Positions 54,516 through 63,594 of a stretch of DNA of 64,000 nucleotides are shown here, piece by piece (the stretch's first letter is position 1; every line of letters starts with the position of its first letter). The notes beneath the pieces were generated by a model that was not told the DNA's origin, did not search any database, and saw only the letters and a program-made list of their open reading frames with translations. This DNA is from an uncultured Prevotellaceae bacterium. GTDB lineage: Bacteria > Bacteroidota > Bacteroidia > Bacteroidales > Bacteroidaceae. The position numbers were made by a program, and so were the translations under genes. The DNA is taken from contig CAMHIS010000001.1 of assembly GCA_946185285.1 (NCBI GenBank), positions 43,968 to 107,967 of the forward strand, given 5' to 3'.

Positions 54516-54545
54516 AAAGGTAACGAATTGTTTTAAACAAGCATT

Positions 54546-54959
54546 ATGAAGAAACTATTTGCTTTTCTGTTTGCAGTTTTTGCATTGGCAGTGATAACTG
54601 TCTCTTGCAGCAAGATAGTCAAGGATAAGGTGACTGGACTCGTTGACGAGATTAACGACTCTGTGTTGGTTGCCCGTATTGATGGCAGTAAGGTCAACTT
54701 CGACATTCGCGAAGCTTCATTTACGAACGGAGCTGTGATGTATGGTGACTCTGTTATCATCCATTATATTGGTGACCTCTCAAAGAAACGTGCTTTGGCT
54801 GAGACTGTCTATTTGATTGAGCGTCCTGGTGTTATTGTCGAAATCAAGGAAAATGAGATTGACAGTACTGCCGAGCTTCAGACTCGTCCTGCTTCTCCTG
54901 ATCAGGTGAAGGCTATTGACAAGTTGATAGAAGCTGCCAAGAAACAGGAAAAAAATTAG
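54546..54959 (+). CDS. small lipoprotein of unknown function
   Basis: Signal peptide with TVS-C lipobox. Confidence 0.75.
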   Translation: MKKLFAFLFAVFALAVITVSCSKIVKDKVTGLVDEINDSVLVARIDGSKVNFDIREASFTNGAVMYGDSVIIHYIGDLSKKRALAETVYLIERPGVIVEIKENEIDSTAELQTRPASPDQVKAIDKLIEAAKKQEKN

Positions 54960-54992
54960 TACCTAATTAATCATGTAATAACTCAACGCATT

Positions 54993-56201
54993 ATGAAAGC
55001 ATTAAAGACATTGCTTATAGGCGCTTTGGCCTTCACGGCTACGGCTGCTTCCGCACAGGTCTATGAGGCCAAGGACGGATCGACTTATGAGTTCCAGAAA
55101 TACTGGTTCCTCGACCTCGAAGGTGGTGCACAGTACACGCTCGGCGAGGCAAAGTTCCGCCGTCTTGTGCGCCCGAATGTTCAGTTGGCCATTGGTCGCC
55201 AGTTCAATCCCTGGTTGGGCGTCCGCCTTCAGGTGAACGGCTGGCAGAGCCGCGGCTACTGGGATCTCGGTATGCTCGACAATCAGGGAAAGATTTTCCC
55301 TGGTCACTATCCCATCGGCTATACCTTCAATTATGTGGCTCCTGGTCTTGACCTGATGGTCGACCTGACTACTCTGATTGGTGGCTACAACCCCACCCGC
55401 ATCTTCGGCTTGAAGGCTTTCCTCGGTGGTGGTGCCAACATTGGTTTCACTAACGATGACCTGAACGATCATCTTAACAAGGATCGTGGTAACGGTCTGA
55501 CCCTGCGCGAGAATCCTGCTCCCAACACGACTGGCCATGGCTTCGAGTATGTTTGGGACGGCTCACAGGTTCTTCCCTTCGGACGCGGCGGCCTCGAGGC
55601 TTCTTTCCGTCTGAACAAGTGCATCAGCCTGCTTGTCGAGGGTAACGCTAACATCATCAGCGACAAGTACAACTCAAAGAAGACCGACAACGCCGACTGG
55701 TATTTCAACGTGCTCGGCGGTCTGCGCTTCAACCTTGGCAACACCTATACCAAGACGCTGCCTCCTCCCCCCGCTCCCGAGCCCGTGCCCGTGGTTAATC
55801 CCGAGCCGCAGCCCGACCCTGCCATCCTCGAGCTCCAGCGCCAGCTGAAGCAGCTCCAGGAGGAGAAGGATAAGGTTGAGCCGCTTCGTCGCGACGTCTT
55901 CTTCCTCATCAACAAGACCGACATCCGCGAGAGCGAGGCTCAGAAGGTGAAGGAGATTGCCTACTACCTTGTGAAGTATCCTAACACCCGCGTTGTTGTC
56001 ACCGGTTATGCTGATGCAGGTACTGGTAATGACAAGATCAACGACCGTCTTGCCGCTCAGCGTGCTGACGCCGTTGTTAAGACTCTGCAGCAGCAGTACG
56101 GCATCGAGTCGAGCCGTATCAGCTACGATTCTAAGGGTAGTCGTGTTCAGCCGTTCTCTGACAACGACATGAACCGCGTCTCTATCTGTATTGCTGAGTA
56201 A
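54993..56201 (+). CDS. OmpA-family outer membrane protein
   Basis: N-terminal beta-barrel; Pro-rich linker; GYADAGTG..NDRLAAQRADAV..NRV peptidoglycan-binding domain. Confidence 0.93.
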   Translation: MKALKTLLIGALAFTATAASAQVYEAKDGSTYEFQKYWFLDLEGGAQYTLGEAKFRRLVRPNVQLAIGRQFNPWLGVRLQVNGWQSRGYWDLGMLDNQGKIFPGHYPIGYTFNYVAPGLDLMVDLTTLIGGYNPTRIFGLKAFLGGGANIGFTNDDLNDHLNKDRGNGLTLRENPAPNTTGHGFEYVWDGSQVLPFGRGGLEASFRLNKCISLLVEGNANIISDKYNSKKTDNADWYFNVLGGLRFNLGNTYTKTLPPPPAPEPVPVVNPEPQPDPAILELQRQLKQLQEEKDKVEPLRRDVFFLINKTDIRESEAQKVKEIAYYLVKYPNTRVVVTGYADAGTGNDKINDRLAAQRADAVVKTLQQQYGIESSRISYDSKGSRVQPFSDNDMNRVSICIAE

Positions 56202-56221
56202 TCAGTCTGCTAATAGTATTT

Positions 56222-56261
56222 AGAAAGAAATTACCGGAGATCCCTCCGGTAATTTCTTTCT
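56222..56261. terminator. strong, likely bidirectional terminator
   Basis: Perfect 18-bp stem AGAAAGAAATTACCGGAG-ATCC-CTCCGGTAATTTCTTTCT. Confidence 0.85.
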
Positions 56262-56270
56262 GTTTGAATA

Positions 56271-56693
56271 ATGATGAAAAGGTTATTTCTTTATTTTACC
56301 CTGCCAGCCATTTTGACGGCAGTATTATTGTCTGCTTGTGACAATGCGCTTAGGAAGGTGGAGGTCACTGAGAGTAAGGCCGAGATTGTATTTGATACGC
56401 TGAGCCATGATTTCGGCAATGTTCTTCCCGACACCACTGTATCCTTCGGTTTCGTGTTCCATAATATCGGAGCCACGCCGCTTCACTTGGAATCAGTCGT
56501 CCCCGGCTGCCATTGTACGAAAACGGAGTGGCCGAAGGGCGGCATCGAACCTGGTGAAGCCGGTGTCATAACTGTTATTTATGACACCCACGGTTTCTCT
56601 GGTGGCCATTTTCAAAAATCCATCAAAGTTTACAGTAATGCCAAGACTGGTTTCCTGCGTCTCGCTGTCAGTGGCGACGTTGTCGGCGATTAG
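56271..56693 (+). CDS. DUF1573-domain lipoprotein
   Basis: LSA-C lipobox; HDFGNV, F.FHNIG..PL, GCHCT, IEPGE.G.I.V.YD. Confidence 0.85.
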   Translation: MMKRLFLYFTLPAILTAVLLSACDNALRKVEVTESKAEIVFDTLSHDFGNVLPDTTVSFGFVFHNIGATPLHLESVVPGCHCTKTEWPKGGIEPGEAGVITVIYDTHGFSGGHFQKSIKVYSNAKTGFLRLAVSGDVVGD

Positions 56694-59287
56694 CGGCCGT
56701 TGATACTGACCCTGAAAGGCGTTGTACTGCGCAATGTACCCTTGAATGCGCTGCCCTTGGCATTCAGCTGGTAGGTGCTTGGCTTAAGGTTGTCTACAGC
56801 GTAGCCGACCGCAGGCTTAGAATGCCCATTCAGCCTATATTGCCCTTTGAACAAGTATGCTCCCCCGCTGTCGGCGGTGACGGCTGTCTGCCTGACGGCC
56901 ACGTCGCTGGCGGCAAAGGTCATGGTTTGGCCTTGCAGCGACCGTTCTCCGTACGCCGGTCCCGGAACTGCTATCAGGTACGGCCGGTTGGCCACGAAAT
57001 GGTCGGCGTGTGTGAAGTTCAGCGTCGTTTCCGTGCATTCCGCGATTGTCATCAGCCAGAAGTCCTTGCCGTTGTCCTTCTCTGAGCGGAACCAGTCGAC
57101 GGACCGGCCGCCAGCGGTAGTCACCGACTCCACGTCGAATGGCAGGATGATGGTGTCCCATCCGTTGCCGTCACCGTCGTAGCCACGTGTGAAGGTCCGT
57201 GAGTACACGGCCTTTCCCGCCGTGAAGTCCTTTGGACAGTAGAAGTCGTAGCCGTCGTTGAGTGTCATCGTCGGTGCGTAGTGTCCTACCACCACGTTTC
57301 CCAGTCTTTCCGTGGCCGTGCTGCTTTCGGCGACATAGTACAGGCAGTTCGGATTCGCGCTGGGTTTGACGGTACTGGGCGAAGTCCCGCCGAAGTCTAC
57401 GGCTACCGCCTCCTCGGGTATGGTAGCCACGCCGTCTTCGATGCTGATGCGCTCCTTCCGCCCGTCCGCGTACCAAACTGTGAAGCCGTCCTGAGGTTCA
57501 GCGTTCAAACCGGCCTTACCTTCGGCAATCTGCTGGCTCTCGTCCTTCGTATAGCTAATCACGTATTCCTGCTCCGTCCAGAGCCGATTATAATAGAAGG
57601 TGGCGGTTGCCGTTTCGCCGGCGGGAATGCTGACCCCCGTATAGCCTACGCGCAGCCCCTTGATGAAGAGGTAGAGCAGTCCGTTGTAGTCGTCGCCGTG
57701 ATTGCTGACGGTGGCCGTAGCGACGATTGTGGTGCCCATCAGCGTGAACCGTATGTCGTCGATGCTCAGTTTGCGGCGTGGGTGCTCCGTCATTGTGAGC
57801 GTCGTCTCGGTGATCACGGCCTCAATATAGCGGCTGTCGGCTCCGTCGGCAAGCGTCAGTACTTTCTTTTTCCCCTCTTGGACATTACAGACGGGTACGA
57901 TGCGGTACGTACCTGTCAGATTGGTTCCGAATGTGATGGTCTGGCTTGCTTCCCGGTAGATAAAGCTGCCGGGAACGAAGGTGGCGGCATATTGCAAGTT
58001 CTCGCTGCCTTCTATAAGCTGTCCGTCGGCATTGGCAAGGGCCAGTCCGAAGCCGCTCACTAACGTGTCGGTGGTGTGGTTGGCAAACGGACAGCGTACT
58101 TTAACTGTGAACGGCTCGCCGGTACCGTCACGCTCGATGGTGGCCGCCGATGTCAGTGTCATGTCCTCGGCAGTCAGCAGACGTGCTGCTGTGGGGGGCG
58201 TACCGCCCCGGTCGGGCTGTATGCCGACGACCGCCGACTGGTAGGTGGAGTATCCGTCGAGACCGATGCCGCCCCCGCCTCCTGTGCCTACCTGTGCGGG
58301 GTTCGCCGCCGGCAGCCTGTACCAGCCGTTGCTCTGTCCGTCCCATCCCCAGTTGAAATGGTAGAACCCCTCGCCGTCGTATCCGTCGACGACGAACTCA
58401 TGGCTCCCTGCCGACCGCTGTCCGCTGTAGATGACAGGCCGTCCTGCCTGCAGCTCATTGAGTATGAGCGTCTCCCACTCTTCGCAGGTGAAGTCCATGC
58501 GGTAGACCACGTGTGCCCCGCCGTCGTAGCCGAAGAAGCGCGTCAGTGCCAGCGGTATGTTCTGTTCGTAGGCCCATGAGTTGCTGCCATATCTCATCTG
58601 TACCGCCTGTCCGCAGTATTTCATGAGCCAGGCCACGGCCTCGCAGCTCTCCTCGTCGGCAGTCTCGCTGTAGCCATTGAGCATTCTGTCCCAGCTGAAG
58701 GTCACGGGCGTCAGTTCGCCGTAAGTGCTGTAGGCCGGGATGACCGCCGTGGCCGTCAGCGGCCAACGGTGGTAGTTCATGACCTGTGCCATGGCCGTGG
58801 CTACGCAGCCGGTGGGGTAGTCCTGAGGGCAGAGGCTGTTGTAGGGCCACCTCTGTCCCCACTGTGTGGGGAGGAGCGGGCGGATGGGGGGATGGGCATT
58901 ATGGGCGGGATGGGCTGACTGGGCATTGCGTGGCCCATCAAGCCCATCAAGCCCCTCTAACCATGCCCTTGCGTTCGCGGGTAGTGTGGCGGCGTTGAAA
59001 GAGCCTGTGTCGCTGTAGCCGATGACGGTCTCTGACAGGTCGTCGGCACTGATAATGACAAAGCCGTCACCACTGCCGATGTTAAAGGCATAGTATGACG
59101 GCGACGGGGTGGTGGTCTCTGTCAGTACGGGTGCTTCTGACGGCTGTGCCGCCCTTGCTGCCGCCTGGTTGCGGAGAGAAAGGAACATGGCCGCCTGCCG
59201 TCGGGCCTCGGTCCGTGAAAGGGTTGATGCCGTCAGCATGGTGGTGCTGAGCATCGTCAGCAGACAGGACAGGAGCAGTCTGACCAT
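56690..59287 (-). CDS. C10 (streptopain-like) cysteine protease with Spi-type prodomain
   Basis: GFVIISADD..IGYS prodomain; WGQRWPYN; TGCVATAMAQ (catalytic Cys); HEFVVDGYD; HFNWGW. Confidence 0.92.
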   Translation of the reverse strand: MVRLLLSCLLTMLSTTMLTASTLSRTEARRQAAMFLSLRNQAAARAAQPSEAPVLTETTTPSPSYYAFNIGSGDGFVIISADDLSETVIGYSDTGSFNAATLPANARAWLEGLDGLDGPRNAQSAHPAHNAHPPIRPLLPTQWGQRWPYNSLCPQDYPTGCVATAMAQVMNYHRWPLTATAVIPAYSTYGELTPVTFSWDRMLNGYSETADEESCEAVAWLMKYCGQAVQMRYGSNSWAYEQNIPLALTRFFGYDGGAHVVYRMDFTCEEWETLILNELQAGRPVIYSGQRSAGSHEFVVDGYDGEGFYHFNWGWDGQSNGWYRLPAANPAQVGTGGGGGIGLDGYSTYQSAVVGIQPDRGGTPPTAARLLTAEDMTLTSAATIERDGTGEPFTVKVRCPFANHTTDTLVSGFGLALANADGQLIEGSENLQYAATFVPGSFIYREASQTITFGTNLTGTYRIVPVCNVQEGKKKVLTLADGADSRYIEAVITETTLTMTEHPRRKLSIDDIRFTLMGTTIVATATVSNHGDDYNGLLYLFIKGLRVGYTGVSIPAGETATATFYYNRLWTEQEYVISYTKDESQQIAEGKAGLNAEPQDGFTVWYADGRKERISIEDGVATIPEEAVAVDFGGTSPSTVKPSANPNCLYYVAESSTATERLGNVVVGHYAPTMTLNDGYDFYCPKDFTAGKAVYSRTFTRGYDGDGNGWDTIILPFDVESVTTAGGRSVDWFRSEKDNGKDFWLMTIAECTETTLNFTHADHFVANRPYLIAVPGPAYGERSLQGQTMTFAASDVAVRQTAVTADSGGAYLFKGQYRLNGHSKPAVGYAVDNLKPSTYQLNAKGSAFKGTLRSTTPFRVSINGR
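58883..58957 (-). repeat. family-C 9-bp repeats, in frame in the C10 pro/mature linker
   Basis: Encodes EGLDGLDGPRNAQSAHPAHNAHPP; shares an exact 23-mer with 62044-62066. Confidence 0.8.
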
Positions 59288-59296
59288 CGGCAGTCT

Positions 59297-59968
59297 TTAG
59301 ACCAGACGGATGCCGTCGGGCGTGATGTTAATGATACGCCGGCGGTAGAGGTCGCCGACGGCCTGCTTGTAGGCTTTCTTGGAGACGCCGAAGCGGGCTG
59401 CAATGTCGTCGGCAGGTGAGTGGTCGCCGAGGTCGCAGAAGCCGTCGTGCTCGTAGAGGTAGCGCAGCAGCTGCTCGGCGAAGTCGAGGGCACGCTGGCG
59501 GCCAGTGACCTTCTGGTATCGCTCCACCTTGGCGGTGGCCATGAGGCGGTGTGTCTTCTCGTCCTCCATGACGTAGACGTAGTAGGTACGCCCGCGCTCC
59601 ATGCGCTGCTTCTGCTCACGGAAGGGACAGAAGAGGTCTTTCTGCAGTCCCCAGCTGAGGAAGGCGCCGTACTCGTTTGTCCAGGCGCACTCCATGTAGG
59701 CGAACTCTCCTACTGTTGCCAAGGGGCGCTCTGTGGTGGCTACGATGCGCTCGTCGTGGTCGAGGTATATGAAAACCTCGAGCGTGTCGCCGATGTGCAT
59801 GTCGGGGGTGACGTAGCGCTGGGGTAGGAGGATTTCGTCGTAGATTTCTTCCTGGGGGGCAGCGGCAGCGCCGCTGCACAGCGGACCCTCGGGGATGGGG
59901 GCGAGGTATAGGCCGAAGTCTACGCGCTTGACGATGCGGAGGGTGTTGTACTTGCCGAGGGTGATCAT
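59297..59968 (-). CDS. cvfB: CvfB-like S1 RNA-binding protein (shortened)
   Basis: [41 protein letters not shown], winged-helix [16 protein letters not shown]. Confidence 0.85.
   Translation of the reverse strand: MITLGKYNTLRIVKRVDFGLYLAPIPEGPLCSGAAAAPQEEIYDEILLPQRYVTPDMHIGDTLEVFIYLDHDERIVATTERPLATVGEFAYMECAWTNEYGAFLSWGLQKDLFCPFREQKQRMERGRTYYVYVMEDEKTHRLMATAKVERYQKVTGRQRALDFAEQLLRYLYEHDGFCDLGDHSPADDIAARFGVSKKAYKQAVGDLYRRRIINITPDGIRLV
59859..59884 (-). repeat. family-A hairpin repeat, in frame in cvfB
   Basis: Minus strand CCGCTGT-GCAGCGGC-GCT-GCCGCTGC, encoding PLCSGAAAA. Confidence 0.85.
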
Positions 59969-60681
59969 AGGGCGGTGGGGGCTTCTGCGGGTTCTTCTGC
60001 GGGTTCTTCGGTGGGGGCTTCGGAGAGTGGCTGCTCGATGATGCCGTCGCGTAGGTGGATGGTGCGGTCGGTGAGTGTTGCGAGCTCCTCGTCGTGGGTG
60101 ACGATGACGAAGGTCTGGCCGAAGCGGTCGCGTAGGTCGAAGAAGAGCTGGTGTAGCTCCTGCTTGTTATGCGTGTCGAGCGAGCCGGAGGGCTCATCAG
60201 CGAGGATGACGGCGGGATTGTTGACGAGGGCGCGTGCCACGGCGATGCGCTGCTTCTCGCCACCTGAGAGCTCGGCGGGCTTGTGCGTGGCGCGGTCGGT
60301 GAGCTGCATGAACTTCAGCAGCTCCTGAGCACGCTCACGTGCCTGCTTCTGCGAGACGCCAGCGATGTATGCCGGAATCATGATGTTCTCCATTGCCGTG
60401 AACTCGGGGAGTAGCTGGTGGAACTGGAAGACGAAGCCGAGGTGGCGGTTGCGGAAGTCGGCGAGTGCGGTTTGCGAGAGGGTGGTGGTGTCGATATTAT
60501 CGACACATACGGAACCGGCATCGGGGCGGTCGAGCGTGCCGATAATCTGGAGCAAGGTAGTCTTGCCGGCCCCCGATGGCCCTACGATGCTGACGACTTC
60601 GCCTCGGTCTATGTGCAGGTCGATGCCTTTCAGCACTTGTAGTGAGCCGAAGCTCTTTGTGATGTTGTGGGTTGTAATCAT
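59965..60681 (-). CDS. lolD: ABC transporter ATP-binding protein (LolD-like)
   Basis: [35 protein letters not shown]; -7 box on the minus strand at 60700-60707; start at MITTHN. Confidence 0.8.
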   Translation of the reverse strand: MITTHNITKSFGSLQVLKGIDLHIDRGEVVSIVGPSGAGKTTLLQIIGTLDRPDAGSVCVDNIDTTTLSQTALADFRNRHLGFVFQFHQLLPEFTAMENIMIPAYIAGVSQKQARERAQELLKFMQLTDRATHKPAELSGGEKQRIAVARALVNNPAVILADEPSGSLDTHNKQELHQLFFDLRDRFGQTFVIVTHDEELATLTDRTIHLRDGIIEQPLSEAPTEEPAEEPAEAPTAL

Positions 60682-60767
60682 TGTCTGCGAATTTGGTTGC
60701 AAAGGTAATAAAAAAAAGGGAATTGTGAAATGGGAAATGAGTTTTTTTGCGTAACTTTGCACCCGAA

Positions 60768-62963
60768 ATGACGATACTGGCTACGTACTTCCCCATCACC
60801 GACCCCACGCTGATATTCTTCGTGGTGCTTCTCATCATCCTGTTTGCCCCAATCATCATGGGCAAGCTGAGGATTCCGCACATCATCGGTATGGTGCTGG
60901 CAGGCGTCATCGTCGGCCAGTACGGGCTGAACATCCTGGAGCGCGACAACTCGTTCGAGCTGTTCGGGCGCGTCGGCCTCTATTACATCATGTTCCTGGC
61001 CGGCTTGGAGATGGACATGGAGGGCGTGAAGAAGAACAAGCTGCGGTTCCTCGTCTTCGGACTGCTGACGTGTCTGGTGCCCTTTGGGCTGACCTACCTG
61101 ATGGCCATCACACTGCTGCACTACACGCCGGCGGCATCGTTCCTGCTGGGCTGTATCATGGCCTCGAACACGCTCATCGCCTATCCCATCGTCAGCCGCT
61201 ACGGCCTTCAGCGTCACCACTCGGTGGCGCTCTCCGTGGGTTCGTCGATGATCAGCCTGTTTCTGGCGCTGGTGATGATAGCCGGACTGGCTGGGAGCTA
61301 TGGCAGCGGCACCGCCACTGCACAGCCGACAGCGGGGGGCGTTGGCGTAGCAGCGGGCGATGCTATGGGGGCTTGGCTGTTCTGGCTGCTGTTCGTGTTG
61401 AAGCTGGGTGCCTATATAGGGCTGATGCTTTGGCTTATTCCGCGTCTGTCGCGCTATTTCCTGCGCCGCTACAGCGATGCCGTCATGCAGTTCATCTTTG
61501 TCCTGGCCGTGATGTTCCTCAATGCCGCGCTGACAGACCTCATCGGTCTGGAGGGCATCTTCGGCGCGTTCTTCTCCGGACTGATTCTGAACAGGTATAT
61601 CCCGCACGTGTCGCCGCTGATGAACCGCTTGGAGTTCATCGGCAACGCCCTGTTCATTCCTTACTTCCTTATCGGTGTGGGTATGCTCATCAACGTGCGC
61701 ACGCTGCTGCAAGGCCCTTACGTACTGTGGGTGATGCTGATGATAGCCTTCTTCGGCACCTTCGGCAAAGCGGTAGCTGCCTACCTGTCGAGCCTGCTGT
61801 TCCGCCTGCCGAAGTACGACGGCAACATGATGTTCGGTCTGACGTCGGCCCATGCCGCCGGTGCCATCGCCATGGTGATGGTCGGTATGCGCCTGGAGGT
61901 TGGGCCTGGCGAGTACCTGGTGGACGACAATATGCTGAACGGCGTTGTGCTGATGATCCTGGTCACCTGTATCATCTCGACGCTGATGACCGAGCACGCC
62001 TCGAAGCAGGTCATTCTCTCGCAGTCAGTTGAGTCGCCCAAACCCCATCCCGCCCATAATGCCCATTCCACCCCCCACGAGAATATCCTCATCTGCGTGA
62101 AATACCCCGACATCGCCCCTCAGCTGCTCAACCTCGCGCTCTTCGTGCGCAGCCAGCGCCACCCGCAGGGGCTGGTAGCCCTGAACGTGGTGTATGACGA
62201 CGAGCACGCCACCACCAACCGCGAGGAGGGCTTGCAGCTGTTCGAACAGCTGCAGCGTCAGGCCAGTGCCTCGGAGACGCAGCTGCAGACACAGGTCCGA
62301 CTGGCCACGAACATTGCCAACGGCATCAAGCACGCCTTCCGCGAGACGGGCTGTACGGAGGTCATCATGGGTATGCACGTGCATACGTCGCAGAACGCTA
62401 AGTTCTGGGGCGACTTCATCCAGAGCCTTTACAACGGTCTGAACCGTCAGATTATGCTCGCGCGCTTCGTCCAGCCGCTGAACACGCTGCGCCGCATCCG
62501 TGTGGCCGTGCCCAGCCGTGCCGAGTTCGAGCCCGGCTTCCACCGCTGGTTAGAGCGCTTGAGCCAGTTGTCCGAGCAGCTTGACTGCCGCATCCAGTTC
62601 CATGGGCGCGATGAGTCGCTGACGCTGATAGCCGACTATATCAACAGCAACCATTCCTCCGTCCGTTCGGAGTACACGCCGATGGGCCACTGGAACGAGC
62701 TTCCGCAGCTGGCTGCCCAAATTGCCGACGACCACTTGTTTGTCGTCGTTACCGCCCGTAAGGGTACCATCTCCTACAAGACCGCCCTCGACCGTCTGCC
62801 CAACGAGCTTCAGCAGTACTTCTCGGGCAAGAACCTGATGATAATCTTCCCCGACCAGTATGGTGACCAGAAGGAGGACCGCATGAGCTTCACCGAGGCC
62901 CAGCACCATGAGGAAAAGTCCATCTACGACGCCGTTCTGCGGTGGATACACCGGGCTCCTTAG
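60768..62963 (+). CDS. CPA2-type cation:proton antiporter with C-terminal USP-like domains
   Basis: Multiple TM helices; [31 protein letters not shown]; -7 box TAACTTTG at 60752-60759. Confidence 0.9.
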   Translation: MTILATYFPITDPTLIFFVVLLIILFAPIIMGKLRIPHIIGMVLAGVIVGQYGLNILERDNSFELFGRVGLYYIMFLAGLEMDMEGVKKNKLRFLVFGLLTCLVPFGLTYLMAITLLHYTPAASFLLGCIMASNTLIAYPIVSRYGLQRHHSVALSVGSSMISLFLALVMIAGLAGSYGSGTATAQPTAGGVGVAAGDAMGAWLFWLLFVLKLGAYIGLMLWLIPRLSRYFLRRYSDAVMQFIFVLAVMFLNAALTDLIGLEGIFGAFFSGLILNRYIPHVSPLMNRLEFIGNALFIPYFLIGVGMLINVRTLLQGPYVLWVMLMIAFFGTFGKAVAAYLSSLLFRLPKYDGNMMFGLTSAHAAGAIAMVMVGMRLEVGPGEYLVDDNMLNGVVLMILVTCIISTLMTEHASKQVILSQSVESPKPHPAHNAHSTPHENILICVKYPDIAPQLLNLALFVRSQRHPQGLVALNVVYDDEHATTNREEGLQLFEQLQRQASASETQLQTQVRLATNIANGIKHAFRETGCTEVIMGMHVHTSQNAKFWGDFIQSLYNGLNRQIMLARFVQPLNTLRRIRVAVPSRAEFEPGFHRWLERLSQLSEQLDCRIQFHGRDESLTLIADYINSNHSSVRSEYTPMGHWNELPQLAAQIADDHLFVVVTARKGTISYKTALDRLPNELQQYFSGKNLMIIFPDQYGDQKEDRMSFTEAQHHEEKSIYDAVLRWIHRAP
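61302..61335 (-). repeat. family-A hairpin repeat, antisense inside the antiporter gene
   Basis: Minus strand CCGCTGTCGGCTGT-GCAGTGGC-GGT-GCCGCTGC-C; read on + as [11 protein letters not shown]. Confidence 0.85.
62036..62068 (+). repeat. family-C 9-bp repeats, in frame in the antiporter linker
   Basis: gcccaaacc-ccatccc-gcccataat-gcccattc, encoding [10 protein letters not shown]. Confidence 0.8.
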
Positions 62964-63048
62964 CCCCCTAAGTTAGGGGGTTGGGGGTCTGAACAAGCGT
63001 AATCCTTAGCCCCCTAAGTTAGGGGGTTGGGGGTCTGAACAAGCGTAA
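62957..63048 (+). repeat. two exact 46-bp tandem units on the left flank of the DUF559 gene
   Basis: TCCTTAGCCCCCTAAGTTAGGGGGTTGGGGGTCTGAACAAGCGTAA x2 (62957, 63003). Confidence 0.97.
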
Positions 63049-63111
63049 TTAAAAAATATTTCCCCTTATATATTCCTTATCCCAAAAAAAAGTTGTAATT
63101 TTGCACGCGAA

Positions 63112-63480
63112 ATGAACTATTCCAATCATCCTGCAACTAAAGAATACCGACAGTTGTTGCGCCGAACAGAGACTCCCACAGAGCGAATGTTGTGGAAACG
63201 GCTGAAAGGAAGACAGCTTGATGGATATCGTTTTCGTCAGCAACACGGCTTTGGTCCTTATATCTTGGACTTTTATTGCCCGTCTATTCGGTTGTGTATA
63301 GAGTTGGATGGTAATATTCATGAGGACGAACAGGTAAGACTGAAAGACGAGGATCGTACGTTGTTCCTAATGGCAAACAGGATAAACGTGATAAGGTTCA
63401 GAAATGAGGAGGTTGAACAGGATATTGATGATGTTTTGAGAAGAATCAGAGAATATATAAACAATAGTATTAACAAATAA
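63112..63480 (+). CDS. DUF559 (Vsr-like restriction-endonuclease fold) protein
   Basis: TPTERMLWKRL, FRQQH..GPYILDFYC, IELDG.IH, VIRF.NEEV; own -7 box TAATTTTG at 63096-63103. Confidence 0.92.
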   Translation: MNYSNHPATKEYRQLLRRTETPTERMLWKRLKGRQLDGYRFRQQHGFGPYILDFYCPSIRLCIELDGNIHEDEQVRLKDEDRTLFLMANRINVIRFRNEEVEQDIDDVLRRIREYINNSINK

Positions 63481-63496
63481 AAGGTCCGAGAAGTTT

Positions 63497-63578
63497 GAGG
63501 CGGTTCAGACCCCCAACCCCCTAACTTAGGGGGCTATGCGAGGCGGTTCAGACCCCCAACCCCCTAACTTAGGGGGCT
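63497..63578 (-). repeat. two tandem units on the right flank, inverted relative to the left flank
   Basis: GAGGCGGTTCAGACCCCCAACCCCCTAACTTAGGGGGCT x2 (63497, 63540; period 43); the 33-bp core is the reverse complement of the left core. Confidence 0.97.
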
Positions 63579-63594
63579 CGGAGACTCAAGAAGT

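Noticed and set aside
59972-60025. 12-bp EEPA tandem repeat at the LolD C-terminus and 21-bp duplication in the MutL linker (about 42714-42755)
   Set aside because: Short local slippage in disordered tails or linkers; their slight similarity to each other is too weak to call a family.
62957-63578. DUF559 flanks as a mini-CRISPR or classical IS ends
   Set aside because: Inter-core segments are only 10-13 nt, the two sides are inverted, and there is no DDE/HUH transposase or target-site duplication.
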